Numbered from the whole stretch's first letter, positions 9,353-19,052 are shown. The stretch is DNA of 62,434 nt, filler included, from an uncultured bacterium (GCA_964637655.1; 11 parts of 11 records of this genome joined end to end with filler, not necessarily neighbours in it); one strand, 5' to 3'. The notes: generated by a model from the letters alone, not told the origin. Numbers and translations are program-made.

Positions 9353-9553
9353 TTACGCAGGCATCACATTCTCGGCGGCCAGCCCCTTCGGACCGTCCTT
9401 GATCTCAAAGCTAACCTTCTGACCCTCTTTCAGGGTCTTGAAGCCGTCAACCTTGATCGCCGTAAAATGCACGAACACATCCGGGCCATTGTCCTGGGTG
9501 ATAAACCCAAAGCCCTTCTGCTCGTTGAACCACTTAACTGTGCCTTCTGCCAT
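9353..9553 (-). CDS. cspA: Cold-shock protein
   Basis: [32 protein letters not shown]. Confidence 0.97.
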   Translation of the reverse strand: MAEGTVKWFNEQKGFGFITQDNGPDVFVHFTAIKVDGFKTLKEGQKVSFEIKDGPKGLAAENVMPA

Positions 9554-9670
9554 TGTTCTCGCCTCCTTTCCCGCTACTTCCGGTTGGAGGTAAGAACGTG
9601 GTACTGACGAATGCTCATCAAACACCCTACTTACCTGCCATTGCTGCAGGGCTAAAAGCCCATTGCGATA

Positions 9671-9699
9671 ATCTTACCATAGAATTTCAAGTTTGTCAA
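9671..9699 (-). promoter_or_regulatory. Sigma70 promoter of cspA (about 110-nt 5' UTR)
   Basis: TTGACA-17-TAAGAT. Confidence 0.75.
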
Positions 9700-9766
9700 G
9701 GGTTTTTGTTTCCTGTATTGTCACAGCGTCCGGGTGATACCATTCAATATTCTGCAGGAAAACAAG

Positions 9767-10972
9767 TTATAGCTGTTCTGAGACAGGGATTCTTTTGGCT
9801 AAATCGGCCTTTGCCTCGGCTCCGCGCCGCCCGATGGCGGCATACCAGTCGAAGAAATGCAGCGCTTCAGCCATGGTGCGCCGCCGGGCGAGTTTGCCGA
9901 AACTGCCGGCGCGCCGCACCCCGACGAGGCGCGTCTGCAGCAGCAGGATGTCACGCGCCGCACCGCGCGCCGCCTTGGTCACCGGCAGGAACTCGACCCG
10001 CGCGGGCAAGGAATTCTGGATTTCATCAGCCACGCGCTGCGGCTGCACGTCCCAGTAGAACTCGTCGATGGTCACCTGCAGGCGGCGCAGCAGGCAGGGA
10101 AGGAGCCAGAGCGCCCAGGCGAGTCCCTCGCTGACCGGTTCGGTCACCGCGTCGGTATAGGCGAACGCGGCGCGCTGCAGCGGCGCGTAGCGCGTATCCG
10201 CCAGCGTTTCTGACCACGGCGGGAAAAGCTGCGTGAGCAGTCCCAGTTCCTGCGCCAGCAGCAGCGAGCGTTCCGCCGCGCGGTAGTTGAGCAGCACCCC
10301 CGCCTCTTCGAGCAGGCGCGCCTTCGAGACGGGGGCAAGCATTCCCGCCTGCGCCACGATGGCGGCGCGCAGGTGCGGGTCGAGGGTGAACTGGTGGCGC
10401 CCGGCCAGGCGCACCGCGCGCAGCATGCGCACCGGGTCCTCGGTGAGCGAGGCGACCGGGTCGACCACCGTCCGCACCCGCTTCTTCTGCAGGTCGGCAT
10501 AGCCGCCGACGTAGTCGAGCACCTGCCGCTTGTTCAGGTCGTAGAACATCGCGTTGACGGAAAAATCACGGCGGAAGGCGTCGTCGCGCGGCGTCCCGTA
10601 GACGCGTTTCGCCTTCCCGCGCGCCTCACCCTCCTCCGGTTCGAGGATGCTGTCCGCCTCCTTGCGGAAGGTCGCCACCTCGACATTGTCATCCTGCCCG
10701 TAGCGCAGGTGGACGAGGCGGAAACGACGCCCGATGACGAAGGCGTTGCGGAACATCCGCTTGATCTGGTTGGGCGTGGCGTCCGACACGAGGTCGAAGT
10801 CCTTCGGCTGCTTGTTCAGCAGCAGGTCGCGCACGGCGCCCCCGACCAGGTACGCGGCATAGTGCTGGCGCTGCATGGTGCGCGCGATCTGCCAGATGCG
10901 CTGCTCAATGCCCGCGGGATCGATCTTGTGGTCCTGCTGGTGCAGTACGACCAGCCCTTCATTCCTGTCCAT
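9767..10972 (-). CDS. pcnB: Poly(A) polymerase
   Basis: LVGGAVRDLL, KDFD, PAP signature VIGRRFRLVHL, RRDFSVN, EDPVRMLR. Start 10972 is preferred because ATG 10984 overlaps a -10 box (TTGACG-16-TACAAT, 10983-11010). Confidence 0.88.
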   Translation of the reverse strand: MDRNEGLVVLHQQDHKIDPAGIEQRIWQIARTMQRQHYAAYLVGGAVRDLLLNKQPKDFDLVSDATPNQIKRMFRNAFVIGRRFRLVHLRYGQDDNVEVATFRKEADSILEPEEGEARGKAKRVYGTPRDDAFRRDFSVNAMFYDLNKRQVLDYVGGYADLQKKRVRTVVDPVASLTEDPVRMLRAVRLAGRHQFTLDPHLRAAIVAQAGMLAPVSKARLLEEAGVLLNYRAAERSLLLAQELGLLTQLFPPWSETLADTRYAPLQRAAFAYTDAVTEPVSEGLAWALWLLPCLLRRLQVTIDEFYWDVQPQRVADEIQNSLPARVEFLPVTKAARGAARDILLLQTRLVGVRRAGSFGKLARRRTMAEALHFFDWYAAIGRRGAEAKADLAKRIPVSEQL

Positions 10973-11153
10973 AACCGCCTGCATTGTAGTTATTTTTCAC
11001 GCCACGTCAAGCGCGCCCCTCGCTCCCGTCGCTGCGCTCACCACCCCGCACTGCCCCCCTCATATACGCGTACACCTGCGGCGGTATTTCATTTTTGACG
11101 TTCCATACAATTATATGATATGATAGAGCGCGGTGTTCGGACGGGGGGCACGT

Positions 11154-11579
11154 GTGCGCATCGTCCATACAGAGGAATCGTGCGGGTGGGGCGGTCAGGA
11201 GATGCGTGTGCTCCGCGAATGCCTCGGGCTGCGCGAACGCGGGCACGAGGTGGCGCTCGTCTGCCAGCCGCAGGCGGCGCTCGCCCGCCGCGCCGCGGCC
11301 GCCGGCCTCCCCGTCTGGCTGGTGCCGCTCACCGGGCAGGTGAGCATCGCCTCCGCGCTGCGCGTGCACCGCGCCCTTTGCGACCTGCGCCCCGCCATCC
11401 TCCATGCGCACTCCTCCATCGACGGCTGGATGGGCGCGTACCTCAAGCGCGTGCACGGCTACCGGCTCGTGCGCACCCGCCCTATCGAAATGCCCGTGCG
11501 CAACCAGCTCGCCAATCGCGCCTGCGAGCATCGCGGCGAGCGCGCGCGCGAACGCGGACGCATCGATCCAGAACGTGGC
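11154..11579 (+). CDS. Glycosyltransferase family 4, N-terminal part
   Basis: RIVHTE..GWGGQE, GHEV, ILHAHSS. Confidence 0.85.
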
Positions 11580-11679
11580 NNNNNNNNNNNNNNNNNNNNN
11601 NNNNNNNNNNNNNNNNNNNNNNNTTAATTAATTAANNNNNNNNNNNNNNNNNNNNNNNNNNNNNNNNNNNNNNNNNNNN

Positions 11680-12768
11680 ACGGCCCGATCCGGCAGCAGC
11701 GCGCCCAGCGGTGCGTCGGGCGCGATGAAGTCGCTCGCCGCGCGCGCGGCACCCAGCGTGTCGCGCAGCACTGTGGCGAAGGTGCGCGCGCAGGCCTGCT
11801 GCGGCAAGGTGCTGCAGCGCACTTTCCGCCCGGTCGGGCGGGATGGCGAAAAGCAGCCCGCCCGAGGTCTGCGGGTCGAACATGATGTCGCCTGCCTCGC
11901 GCGGAATGGTCTCCAAACCGCGCACCATGCCGCTGCGGAATTCGCGGTTGCGGTAGGTGCCCGCGGGGATGAGTCCCATGCGCGCGTATTCGACCGCGCG
12001 CGGCAGCAGCGGCATGCGCGCGAAGGAGAACTGCAGTCCTGCTGCGGTGTTGCTGACCATCTCCGCGGCGTGGCCGAGCAACCCGAACCCCGTAACATCA
12101 GTGCAGGCGGAGGCGTCATACTCCCGCGCAACCTGCGCTGCCGTACGGTTGAGCGTGGTCATCGCGGTGATCGCGGCAGCGAGCGTGGTTTCGTCCGCCA
12201 ATTCTGCGCGCAGTGCGGCATTGATCAGTCCGGTCCCCAGCGGCTTGGTCAGGATGAGCGTGTCGCCCGGACGCGGGGTATTGTTGCGCAGCGCCTGCTG
12301 CGGATGGATGCGCCCGGTTACTGCCAACCCGAATGTTACCCCTTCGTCCTCAATGCTGTGCCCGCCCACCAGCGCGGTCTGTGCCTCAGCCAGCACGTCA
12401 AGTGCGCCGCGCATCATCGCGCGCAGCACGCTGATTTCCATGGTCGATGCCGGGAAGCAGACGATGGCGAGCGCGGTCAGCGGCGTGCCCCCCATGGCAT
12501 AGACGTCAGAGAGGGCGTTGCAGGCGGCGATTTTGCCGAACAGCAACGGGTCATCGACGATGGGCGGGAAAAAGTCGACCGTCTGCACCAGCGCTGTATC
12601 ATCGTTGAGGCGGAAGATACCGGCATCATCAGAGGTATTGTAGCCGACGATCAGGTCGGGAAAGTGCGGTTGCGTCAGGCCGCACAGCGCCTTGTCCAGC
12701 AAGCCGGGCCCTAATTTCGCGCCACAACCGGAAAACTTCGTGTGCCGGGTCAGCTTGCTGTCAGTCAT
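11680..12768 (-). CDS. selD: Selenide, water dikinase (Cys type; C-terminus runs into the contig end)
   Basis: SGCGAK, DDAG, QTVDFFPP, NALSDVYAMGG, GGHS, TDVTGFGLLGH, DPQTSGGLL. Confidence 0.95.
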
Positions 12769-13885
12769 GGAGCAGTTGCCTGATAACGGAAATGCCGTTA
12801 GTGACATCGTCCGTTGTGGTAGACCAGCCGAAACTCAAGCGTACCGTGCCGTCAGGAAAGGTGCCGAGCGCGCGATGTGCGCCCGGCGCGCAGTGCAGTC
12901 CGCAGCGCACCGCAACTTCTGCCCGGTCGAGCGCGCGGGTGATATCCGCAACGGAATGCCGTGCGTGGGTGAACGAAACGATGCCGTGCGTCTCCGCCGG
13001 ACCGTGGCTGGTGATGCCGGGAATGCCGGCGAGCAGTTCGCGCGCCTGCGCGGTCAGCGTGGCGATATGCGCACTGATGCGCCCGACCCCGGTGGCCATG
13101 ACAAATTGCAGTGCTGCCTGTAATCCCCCAATCCCCACGAGGTTCGGGGTGCCGCTCTCCAACCGGTCCGGGAATTCTTCCGGCTGCTCTTCGGAGGAAG
13201 AATGCGAGCCGGTGCCGCCGCAGATGACCGCTGCGAGGTCTGCTTCCGGCGCGACGTACAGGAGGCCTGTGCCGGTCGGACCAAGCAGCCCCTTATGTCC
13301 CGAGGCACAGAGAAAATCAACGGGGGTTTCCGCTACGGAGAGCGGCAGCGTGCCGAGTGCCTGGGCGGCATCGAGGCAGAAGCGCGCGCCTGCGGCATGC
13401 GCGTCGCGAGCCAGTTCCTGCCACGGGAGCACGGTGCCGGTCACGTTGCTGACCGCGGTGCAGATGACGAGCGTGGGACGCGCGGCGAGCCGGCGTTGCC
13501 AATCATCGCGGTCGATGGTGCCGTCACGGCGCATGACAAAGCGGTCAATCGTGATGCCGTCGCGTTGCGCCCGGCAGTGCAGCGGACGCATCACCGCGTT
13601 ATGTTCCAGCGGTGAAACCAGCACCCGGTCGCCGGGGCGCAAACAACCGAAGATGACCATGTTGAGCGACAGCGTCGTGCCGGAAGTGAAGACCACGCGC
13701 GTGCTGTCCTGCGCGCCAAGCAGTGCTGCCACCAGCTGCCGGGTGGTGTAGAGCAGTTCGCTCGCCGCTATTGACGCGTCATGCGAGGCGCGGTTGGCAT
13801 TGGCCAGACCGAGCGCGCGTACCATCGCGTCCGCTACGCCCGGTGCCTTCGGGAAACTGGTGGCGGCGTGATCGAGATAGATCAT
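12761..13885 (-). CDS. Class V aminotransferase (cysteine desulfurase/selenocysteine lyase family)
   Basis: YLDHAATSFPK, EHNAV, DAAQ, SGHKGL, ESGT, RCGLHCAP. Confidence 0.92.
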   Translation of the reverse strand: MIYLDHAATSFPKAPGVADAMVRALGLANANRASHDASIAASELLYTTRQLVAALLGAQDSTRVVFTSGTTLSLNMVIFGCLRPGDRVLVSPLEHNAVMRPLHCRAQRDGITIDRFVMRRDGTIDRDDWQRRLAARPTLVICTAVSNVTGTVLPWQELARDAHAAGARFCLDAAQALGTLPLSVAETPVDFLCASGHKGLLGPTGTGLLYVAPEADLAAVICGGTGSHSSSEEQPEEFPDRLESGTPNLVGIGGLQAALQFVMATGVGRISAHIATLTAQARELLAGIPGITSHGPAETHGIVSFTHARHSVADITRALDRAEVAVRCGLHCAPGAHRALGTFPDGTVRLSFGWSTTTDDVTNGISVIRQLLHD

Positions 13886-14673
13886 GCGGCACGCTCCCGC
13901 AGCATGAAGCCGCCGGCGAACAGGTCACCGGTGGCGACGCCCGCCACCCGGGGCGAGGCGAGGAGCAGCGTGGCGAGTTCGTTCGCCTGGCGGGACAGCA
14001 GCGGGGTGACAATCTTCGTGATGATGACGAAGAACGGCAGACACTCCGGTATGCGTGCTGCATATCCGTCCGGCGGCAGCAGTGCCGCTGTCACATGCGC
14101 CGTCGTCAGCAGTGTGCCGGGCGCGAGCTGAAACCGCTCCGCGAAGAGAATGCTGCGGTGCACGACATAATCGCCCAGCGGCATCAGCAATGCGTCGGCG
14201 CCGACCACCGCGAAAATCGCGTCGGCCGCCGTGTTGATGACCGGCTCGTGCTCCGCGTGTGCCTTCAGCGGCCGGCCCGCGCTTCCGTCCGCCTCGACGA
14301 TGATGCGGTCGGCCATGCCGGCTAACTGTTCAATCAGCGCCGCGCTGCCGCGCAGTTTCCCGCTGGTCGGTTCCGTGGCTTCTGCGACAGTGACCTGCCG
14401 GTGCTCTGCCAGCGCGGCACGCAGGGTGCCGGCATCCGGTGCCAGCAGCGTGCAGGGGGACTCGCCGGGTGATGGCGGAAAAATGTGCGTAGTGGTGGTG
14501 GTGATGACCGTCTCGCCCCGCGTCACGGCTGCATGTGCCAGCGCATACATGAGCGAGGTCTTGCCGCCGCCCCCGATAAGGTGCGGGCAACGGTACGCGG
14601 TGAGCGCAGCCGGCAGGGTCAAGAGCCCGTCTCCGGCAGGCCGTTCCTTTCCCCGCGCAACGGGGAAAGACAT
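13882..14673 (-). CDS. yqeC: Selenium cofactor biosynthesis protein YqeC
   Basis: GGGGKTS, TTTTHI, VEADGS..PLKA...HEPVI; start uncertain. Confidence 0.9.
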   Translation of the reverse strand: MSFPVARGKERPAGDGLLTLPAALTAYRCPHLIGGGGKTSLMYALAHAAVTRGETVITTTTTHIFPPSPGESPCTLLAPDAGTLRAALAEHRQVTVAEATEPTSGKLRGSAALIEQLAGMADRIIVEADGSAGRPLKAHAEHEPVINTAADAIFAVVGADALLMPLGDYVVHRSILFAERFQLAPGTLLTTAHVTAALLPPDGYAARIPECLPFFVIITKIVTPLLSRQANELATLLLASPRVAGVATGDLFAGGFMLRERAA

Positions 14674-15509
14674 ATACCCTCTCCCGCCCCGGGCGGGAGA
14701 GGACAGGGTGAGGGCGGGACCGCAGCGCTGTGCGCGAGTATTGCTTCGAGTACACCGCCGCTGATGGTGCGCGTCTTGTCAGAGAGCGTGGCACAGTATT
14801 CCTGCCTGCCGCGCGGATCGATATCGCCGAGTTTGGTGCCGGTCGCCACCGCGATACCGCTCTGCAGCAGGCCGCGCAGCATGCCGTCGATGGCGGCAGA
14901 TACTGGCGTCGCATCGACGGTGCCGACCGTATCACCCGCGGCAACCGTCTCCCCGATGGTCCGCTCGCTGCGGAAGATGCCCGCATGCGGGGCGCGGAAA
15001 CAGCGCTGCGCGGTAACCCCGCCAATGGCGCCGGGAATGCCGGTATCCGCCTCCGGCGCGCGGTCGTAGAGTACGCGTCCGAGGTCGTGTCCGCGATTGG
15101 TTTCGATGGCGACATGACAATTATCGCCCGGGACGAAACCGGGGCCGAGGCCGATAACCAGCGGAGCATCGGTGCTGTGTGTGTCGATGTCGCGCTTGAG
15201 CAGCCGCGCGTCGACCAGCACCTCAGGGCGCAGCGTGGTGCGGCAGGCGGCCTCGGGATCGACTAGCACGGGGAGATGCGACCAGTCGAATCCCGCGGGG
15301 AGCGCGGCATAGTGGTGTGCGGTCACCCCTTCCACGGTGATGCTTCCCGCATAGACCGCGGTGGCGAAGGCGACGGTGCGGCGCACCGGCAGCGGCTCCG
15401 GGATTTCGGTCAGCACAACGCGGAAACCGCTGCGGAACAGGCGATGCGCGGTACCCGTGGCGTGTTCCCCGGCCCCGCGGATGAGAATGAGCGGCTTTCT
15501 GTCAGGCAT
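14619..15509 (-). CDS. yqeB: Selenium-dependent molybdenum hydroxylase system protein YqeB (short form)
   Basis: IRGAGEHATG, VRRTVAF, IGLGPGF, ETNRGHDLG, ADTGIPG, KLGDIDPR, SDK..I.GGVLEAI. Confidence 0.92.
   Translation of the reverse strand: MPDRKPLILIRGAGEHATGTAHRLFRSGFRVVLTEIPEPLPVRRTVAFATAVYAGSITVEGVTAHHYAALPAGFDWSHLPVLVDPEAACRTTLRPEVLVDARLLKRDIDTHSTDAPLVIGLGPGFVPGDNCHVAIETNRGHDLGRVLYDRAPEADTGIPGAIGGVTAQRCFRAPHAGIFRSERTIGETVAAGDTVGTVDATPVSAAIDGMLRGLLQSGIAVATGTKLGDIDPRGRQEYCATLSDKTRTISGGVLEAILAHSAAVPPSPCPLPPGAGEGICLSPLRGERNGLPETGS
14647..14715. repeat. CCCTCTCCC/GGGAGAGG palindromic element at the yqeB-yqeC junction
   Basis: Hairpins CTTTCCCCG/CGGGGAAAG and CCTCTCCCGCCC/GGGCGGGAGAGG plus GGGTGAGGG; related copy at 28488-28596. 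Confidence 0.7.
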
Positions 15510-15867
15510 GTGCATTTCTCCTGCCGGTGAACAGCCGGCGCATGGCGGTGCGGTGGCGGCGTGTTGCATAGGCGGCAACATCGTCGCGCATGACGGTGTA
15601 GGCGGCCAGCACGCGCGTGCCGAGCGGGGTGAGTGCCGCGCCGCCGTGCAGGTTTCCCCCCTTGCAGCGCACGAGCACGGGGACGCCCAACGCCCCTTCG
15701 AGCAGGCGGATGATGCGCCACGCTTTTGAATAGGACATGTTCAGTTCCGCTGCTGCCGCGCGAATCGAGCCCGTGCGCACGATACCATCGAGTAAAAAGG
15801 CGGCCCCGTTGCCCAGCACCGCCTCGCCCTGCCCGCTGCGGATTTTGACCGATACGCTGATCTGCAT
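15502..15867 (-). CDS. Stand-alone ModE N-terminal winged-helix regulator
   Basis: LG.G..LL..I..TGSIRAAA..L.MSYSKAW, GG..GGAALT; no TOBE domain. Confidence 0.9.
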   Translation of the reverse strand: MQISVSVKIRSGQGEAVLGNGAAFLLDGIVRTGSIRAAAAELNMSYSKAWRIIRLLEGALGVPVLVRCKGGNLHGGAALTPLGTRVLAAYTVMRDDVAAYATRRHRTAMRRLFTGRRNAHA

Positions 15868-15902
15868 GCCGATATTCTACATCAAGAATATCGGCGGGTC
15901 AA
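15868..15902 (-). promoter_or_regulatory. Leaderless promoter overlapped by an 11-bp inverted-repeat operator
   Basis: TTGACC-17-TAGAAT-6 nt-ATG; inverted repeat GCCGATATTCT-N6-AGAATATCGGC. Confidence 0.7.
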
Positions 15903-15927
15903 CCAGTCTCCGGTTTGCCCGAAGCAG

Positions 15928-16001
15928 GTAGCCGCAGGCTTCAGCCTGCGTTGAGTTGTTGTGGTGACGAACGACATACGCACCCTGAAGGGTGCGGCTA
16001 C
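15928..16001. repeat. Inverted pair of GTAG-type REP elements (REPIN-like)
   Basis: GTAGCCGCAGGCTTCAGCCTGCG and the reverse copy GTAGCCGCACCCTTCAGGGTGCG. Confidence 0.8.
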
Positions 16002-16041
16002 CACCGCCGTACGTTCCCCTCATACACAGGGTGGGATGGTG

Positions 16042-16593
16042 TCAGTCAGTAAAACGAAAAGAATCGAGCAGAAAACGGTACTGCTCCGCGTGGCGGGAAA
16101 ATGCGGGGTCGTTGGGGGCGGCATGGTCATACTGGACGCTGATAATGCGGCGTGCATGCGGGCAGAAGAGTTCCGCCACCGTGCGGTCGAAGGCAAACCA
16201 GAGCACGCGCGTTGCCGCCTGTCCGCCCAGTGCCCCGGCGCCCACCTCCTCAAGATTTTCGCTCCCCGCCAGGTGGCGGGCAACCCATGTTTCGGGCGGG
16301 ACACCGGCGGGCGGGATGATGATGCGGACCATCACGCTCCCGGGCCATGTGCCGCTGCGTTCGCGGAACGTCACCTTCTGCACTTCCCCGAAAGCGGCAT
16401 CGAGCAGCCGGTGTTGTTCGGTTGCGGTGGTGTCGGTACCCGCGGTGATGACTTCCCAGCCGGGCGGATAGCGCAGCGTGTAGCCCGGTGCAGCATAGGT
16501 TTCCCATCCCCGGTAGCGGGTGGCCAGCGTGGCGCGCTCAGGGGCAGTACAACCACAACAGCAGAGCAGCAGCAGGATGAGCAGGTGGCGCAT
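16042..16593 (-). CDS. Lipoprotein, possibly PsbP-like fold
   Basis: Lipobox-like LLLLCCCGC; YTLRYPPGWEV. Confidence 0.6.
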   Translation of the reverse strand: MRHLLILLLLCCCGCTAPERATLATRYRGWETYAAPGYTLRYPPGWEVITAGTDTTATEQHRLLDAAFGEVQKVTFRERSGTWPGSVMVRIIIPPAGVPPETWVARHLAGSENLEEVGAGALGGQAATRVLWFAFDRTVAELFCPHARRIISVQYDHAAPNDPAFSRHAEQYRFLLDSFRFTD

Positions 16594-16699
16594 AAATGTA
16601 CCTTGCCATATACCTGCCGGCCGGTCACTCGGAAAAAGCGGGCAGGCCGGTCAAAAATACGCTATACTTGCTGTGCGCAACCGGCGCCCGGAGGAGACC

Positions 16700-17380
16700 A
16701 TGCCGCAGGCAGCGTATTACGTGAGCGTGAACCACCAGCAGTACGGGCCGGTCGACCGGCCGACCCTGATGCAATGGCTGCAGGAGCGTCGCCTTAGCGC
16801 CATGGACTGGGTCTGGGTGGAGAGTGCGCAGGACTGGTACCCGGTCTTCATTGTGCCCGACTTGTCGGCGCTCGTACTGCACCTTGACGAAAAGCCGAAG
16901 CAGCCGCCGGTGCCGCCCGCACCCGAGACGCCCGCGGCGCAGGCCGTCCCTGATATCGGCACTCGCGTATTTTTCCATGACAAGCAGGTGACTGACGCCG
17001 AACTGGTCAAAAAGCGCCGGATGGTGCGCCTCGCCCTCGATCTCCCCATCCTCTACTCGACGCGGGCGCAGGAATTCGGCGAGACCTCGCTCTTCGAACC
17101 CTCGATGCTGATCGACATCTCTGCGCTCGGCATCGCGTTCGAGTCGAAGCACTACGTCGAACCGGGTGGCATTGTCAAGGTGGTCATCGAGTTCCCGACC
17201 GCGGCGAGCAAGTTCCAGGCACGCGGCAAGGTGGTGCGCTGCAGCCGCTCTCCGCACGACTCCGAACTCTACCAGGTCGGCTGCAAGTACTCGCTGCTGC
17301 CGCAGGCGGAAATGCGCAAACTCGAAAAATTTTTCGAGTACACCCTGCACAAGCACCAGCGCGAGCACCCGTCCGCCTGA
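16700..17380 (+). CDS. GYF_2 (DUF4339) + PilZ domain protein
   Basis: QQYGPV...WVW...DW at the N-terminus; PilZ RRMVR and DISALG motifs; GGAGGAG RBS. Confidence 0.85.
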   Translation: MPQAAYYVSVNHQQYGPVDRPTLMQWLQERRLSAMDWVWVESAQDWYPVFIVPDLSALVLHLDEKPKQPPVPPAPETPAAQAVPDIGTRVFFHDKQVTDAELVKKRRMVRLALDLPILYSTRAQEFGETSLFEPSMLIDISALGIAFESKHYVEPGGIVKVVIEFPTAASKFQARGKVVRCSRSPHDSELYQVGCKYSLLPQAEMRKLEKFFEYTLHKHQREHPSA

Positions 17381-17497
17381 CCCGCGCTGCACCAGATNNN
17401 NNNNNNNNNNNNNNNNNNNNNNNNNNNNNNNNNNNNNNNNNTTAATTAATTAANNNNNNNNNNNNNNNNNNNNNNNNNNNNNNNNNNNNNNNNNNNN

Positions 17498-18096
17498 ACG
17501 CGGCAGATGCCGCCGCCATCCGCCACCGCGTCGAGGACAAACCGGTAGCGCCGCCCCGCCCGGCGGAAATACCCGTGTGCCACGCCCGTGCGCCGCGCGG
17601 TTTCGAGCCGCCACGCCAGGTCGGCGAGCTGCCAGCCGCGGGGTACCGCCGCCAGCTGCTGCCAGGCCCGCGGCAGCGGCGAATGCTGCCGCACGCGTCC
17701 CTCCCCGTCGTAGCGCAGCGCGCAGGGCCACAGGCCCGTCACCGGGACCGCCGCGGGCGCCGCCGGCCGTTCCCACGGGGCCGGGCCGTGATGCCAGAAA
17801 CCCGCGACCGCGCCGTCGGCAGCAAGCAGCGGCACCGCGCGCCCCTCGCGCTGCTGCCGCCCCCGCACCTCCGCCTCCTCGTCCGGCGTGAAGTACGTGC
17901 CGCGACAGGCGGCGAGAAAGTCCGCCACCGGCTCCGCCGCGCCGCGCGCGGCATAGGCCTCGACTGCGCGCCGGCGCACCACGCCGGCGCACTCACCGTC
18001 GGGTTCAACCAGCGGCAGCGCCGGGAACGGATACTCGGAAAAGAGACGCAGCAGGTCGGAACCCGCGTGCGCCGGCACGCGTTCAGGAAGTGACAA
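17498..18096 (-). CDS. Hypothetical protein with a CBS-like N-terminus (truncated)
   Basis: F....FPALPLVEPDGECAGVV and VPLLAADGAVAG resemble CBS motifs. Confidence 0.45.
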
Positions 18097-18119
18097 ACGG
18101 TTGTGTTGCGTTCAGGCCG

Positions 18120-18956
18120 TCAGTTGCCCAGCCGCCCCGAGGTTACCCCGAGCAGTTCCAGCACCCGGCCCGGCATCAGGTTCGCCTGCGAGATCATCGC
18201 CGCGCTGCTCTGCACCAGCAGCTGACTGCGCGTGTAGGAAATCATCTCCGCGGCAAGATCGGCATCACGGATGGCGGAGAGCGCCGACGTCGCCGTCAGT
18301 TCGCTCGTGCCGAGGAAATTCAGCGCGTGCTGCAGCCGGTTCTCCTCCGCGCCGATATCCGCCAGCTGTGTCAGCACCTCCTGCAGTGCCGCCGCCGCGG
18401 TCCCGATGGCGGTCTCCGCCTGCCCCTGCGTCGCCACCGACAGCCCGGTCAGTCCGAGCGTGGTCGTCGACATGCTGGCGATGCTGATGGGAATGGTCAT
18501 CCCCGCATCGGGACCCGCCTGAATCTGCCCGGGATTGACCTCCCCGCGCAGCAGCGCCAGCGTGTTGAAAGACGCGGTGGAACTGAGGCGGTTGACCTCC
18601 GTCAGCAGGCGGTTGACCGCGACCTGCAGATTGGCACGATCAGTCGCCGTGAGAGTGCCATTCGCCGCCTGAATGGCGCTGGCGGAAACTTCCTCGAGTA
18701 TGGTGCTGATCTCCTGCAGCGCCCCTTCGGCCGTCTGCAGCAGCGAGATGCCCGTTTCGACGTTGGTCTGGGCCTGAACGATCCCTCCTAATTGGTAGCG
18801 AAACTTGACGGCAACCGCGAATCCCGCGGGGTCATCCGCCGCATCATTGATCCGATATCCCGACGACAGACGTTCAAGAACCTTTGACAGGTTATCCTGC
18901 GCGGCGGAATAATACCGATGTGCCGTAAGCGCAGGGAGGTTGAGGGTGATACGCAT
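18120..18956 (-). CDS. fliC: Flagellin (short, 278 aa)
   Basis: LERLSSGYRINDAADDPAG, GISLLQTAEGAL, FN...LL.G, NRL, IRDADLAAE, AMISQAN. Confidence 0.95.
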   Translation of the reverse strand: MRITLNLPALTAHRYYSAAQDNLSKVLERLSSGYRINDAADDPAGFAVAVKFRYQLGGIVQAQTNVETGISLLQTAEGALQEISTILEEVSASAIQAANGTLTATDRANLQVAVNRLLTEVNRLSSTASFNTLALLRGEVNPGQIQAGPDAGMTIPISIASMSTTTLGLTGLSVATQGQAETAIGTAAAALQEVLTQLADIGAEENRLQHALNFLGTSELTATSALSAIRDADLAAEMISYTRSQLLVQSSAAMISQANLMPGRVLELLGVTSGRLGN

Positions 18957-19052
18957 GGTTCATCGCCTCCATCCGTGAGTGACCGCGAACCCGCTGACGT
19001 CCGTGTATGCCAGCACCGTGCTGCTGTTCAGTTTTCCCCTATCCCGGAACAC

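Noticed and set aside
11680-11775. Odd C-terminal extension of SelD (similar abrupt changes near 5850-5885 and 11520-11579)
   Set aside because: They lie at contig ends and are probably chimeric or low-quality sequence, so they were not interpreted as fusions.
12715-12740. Selenocysteine codon in SelD (and in HoxH)
   Set aside because: The codons are TGT/TGC (Cys); there is no in-frame TGA.
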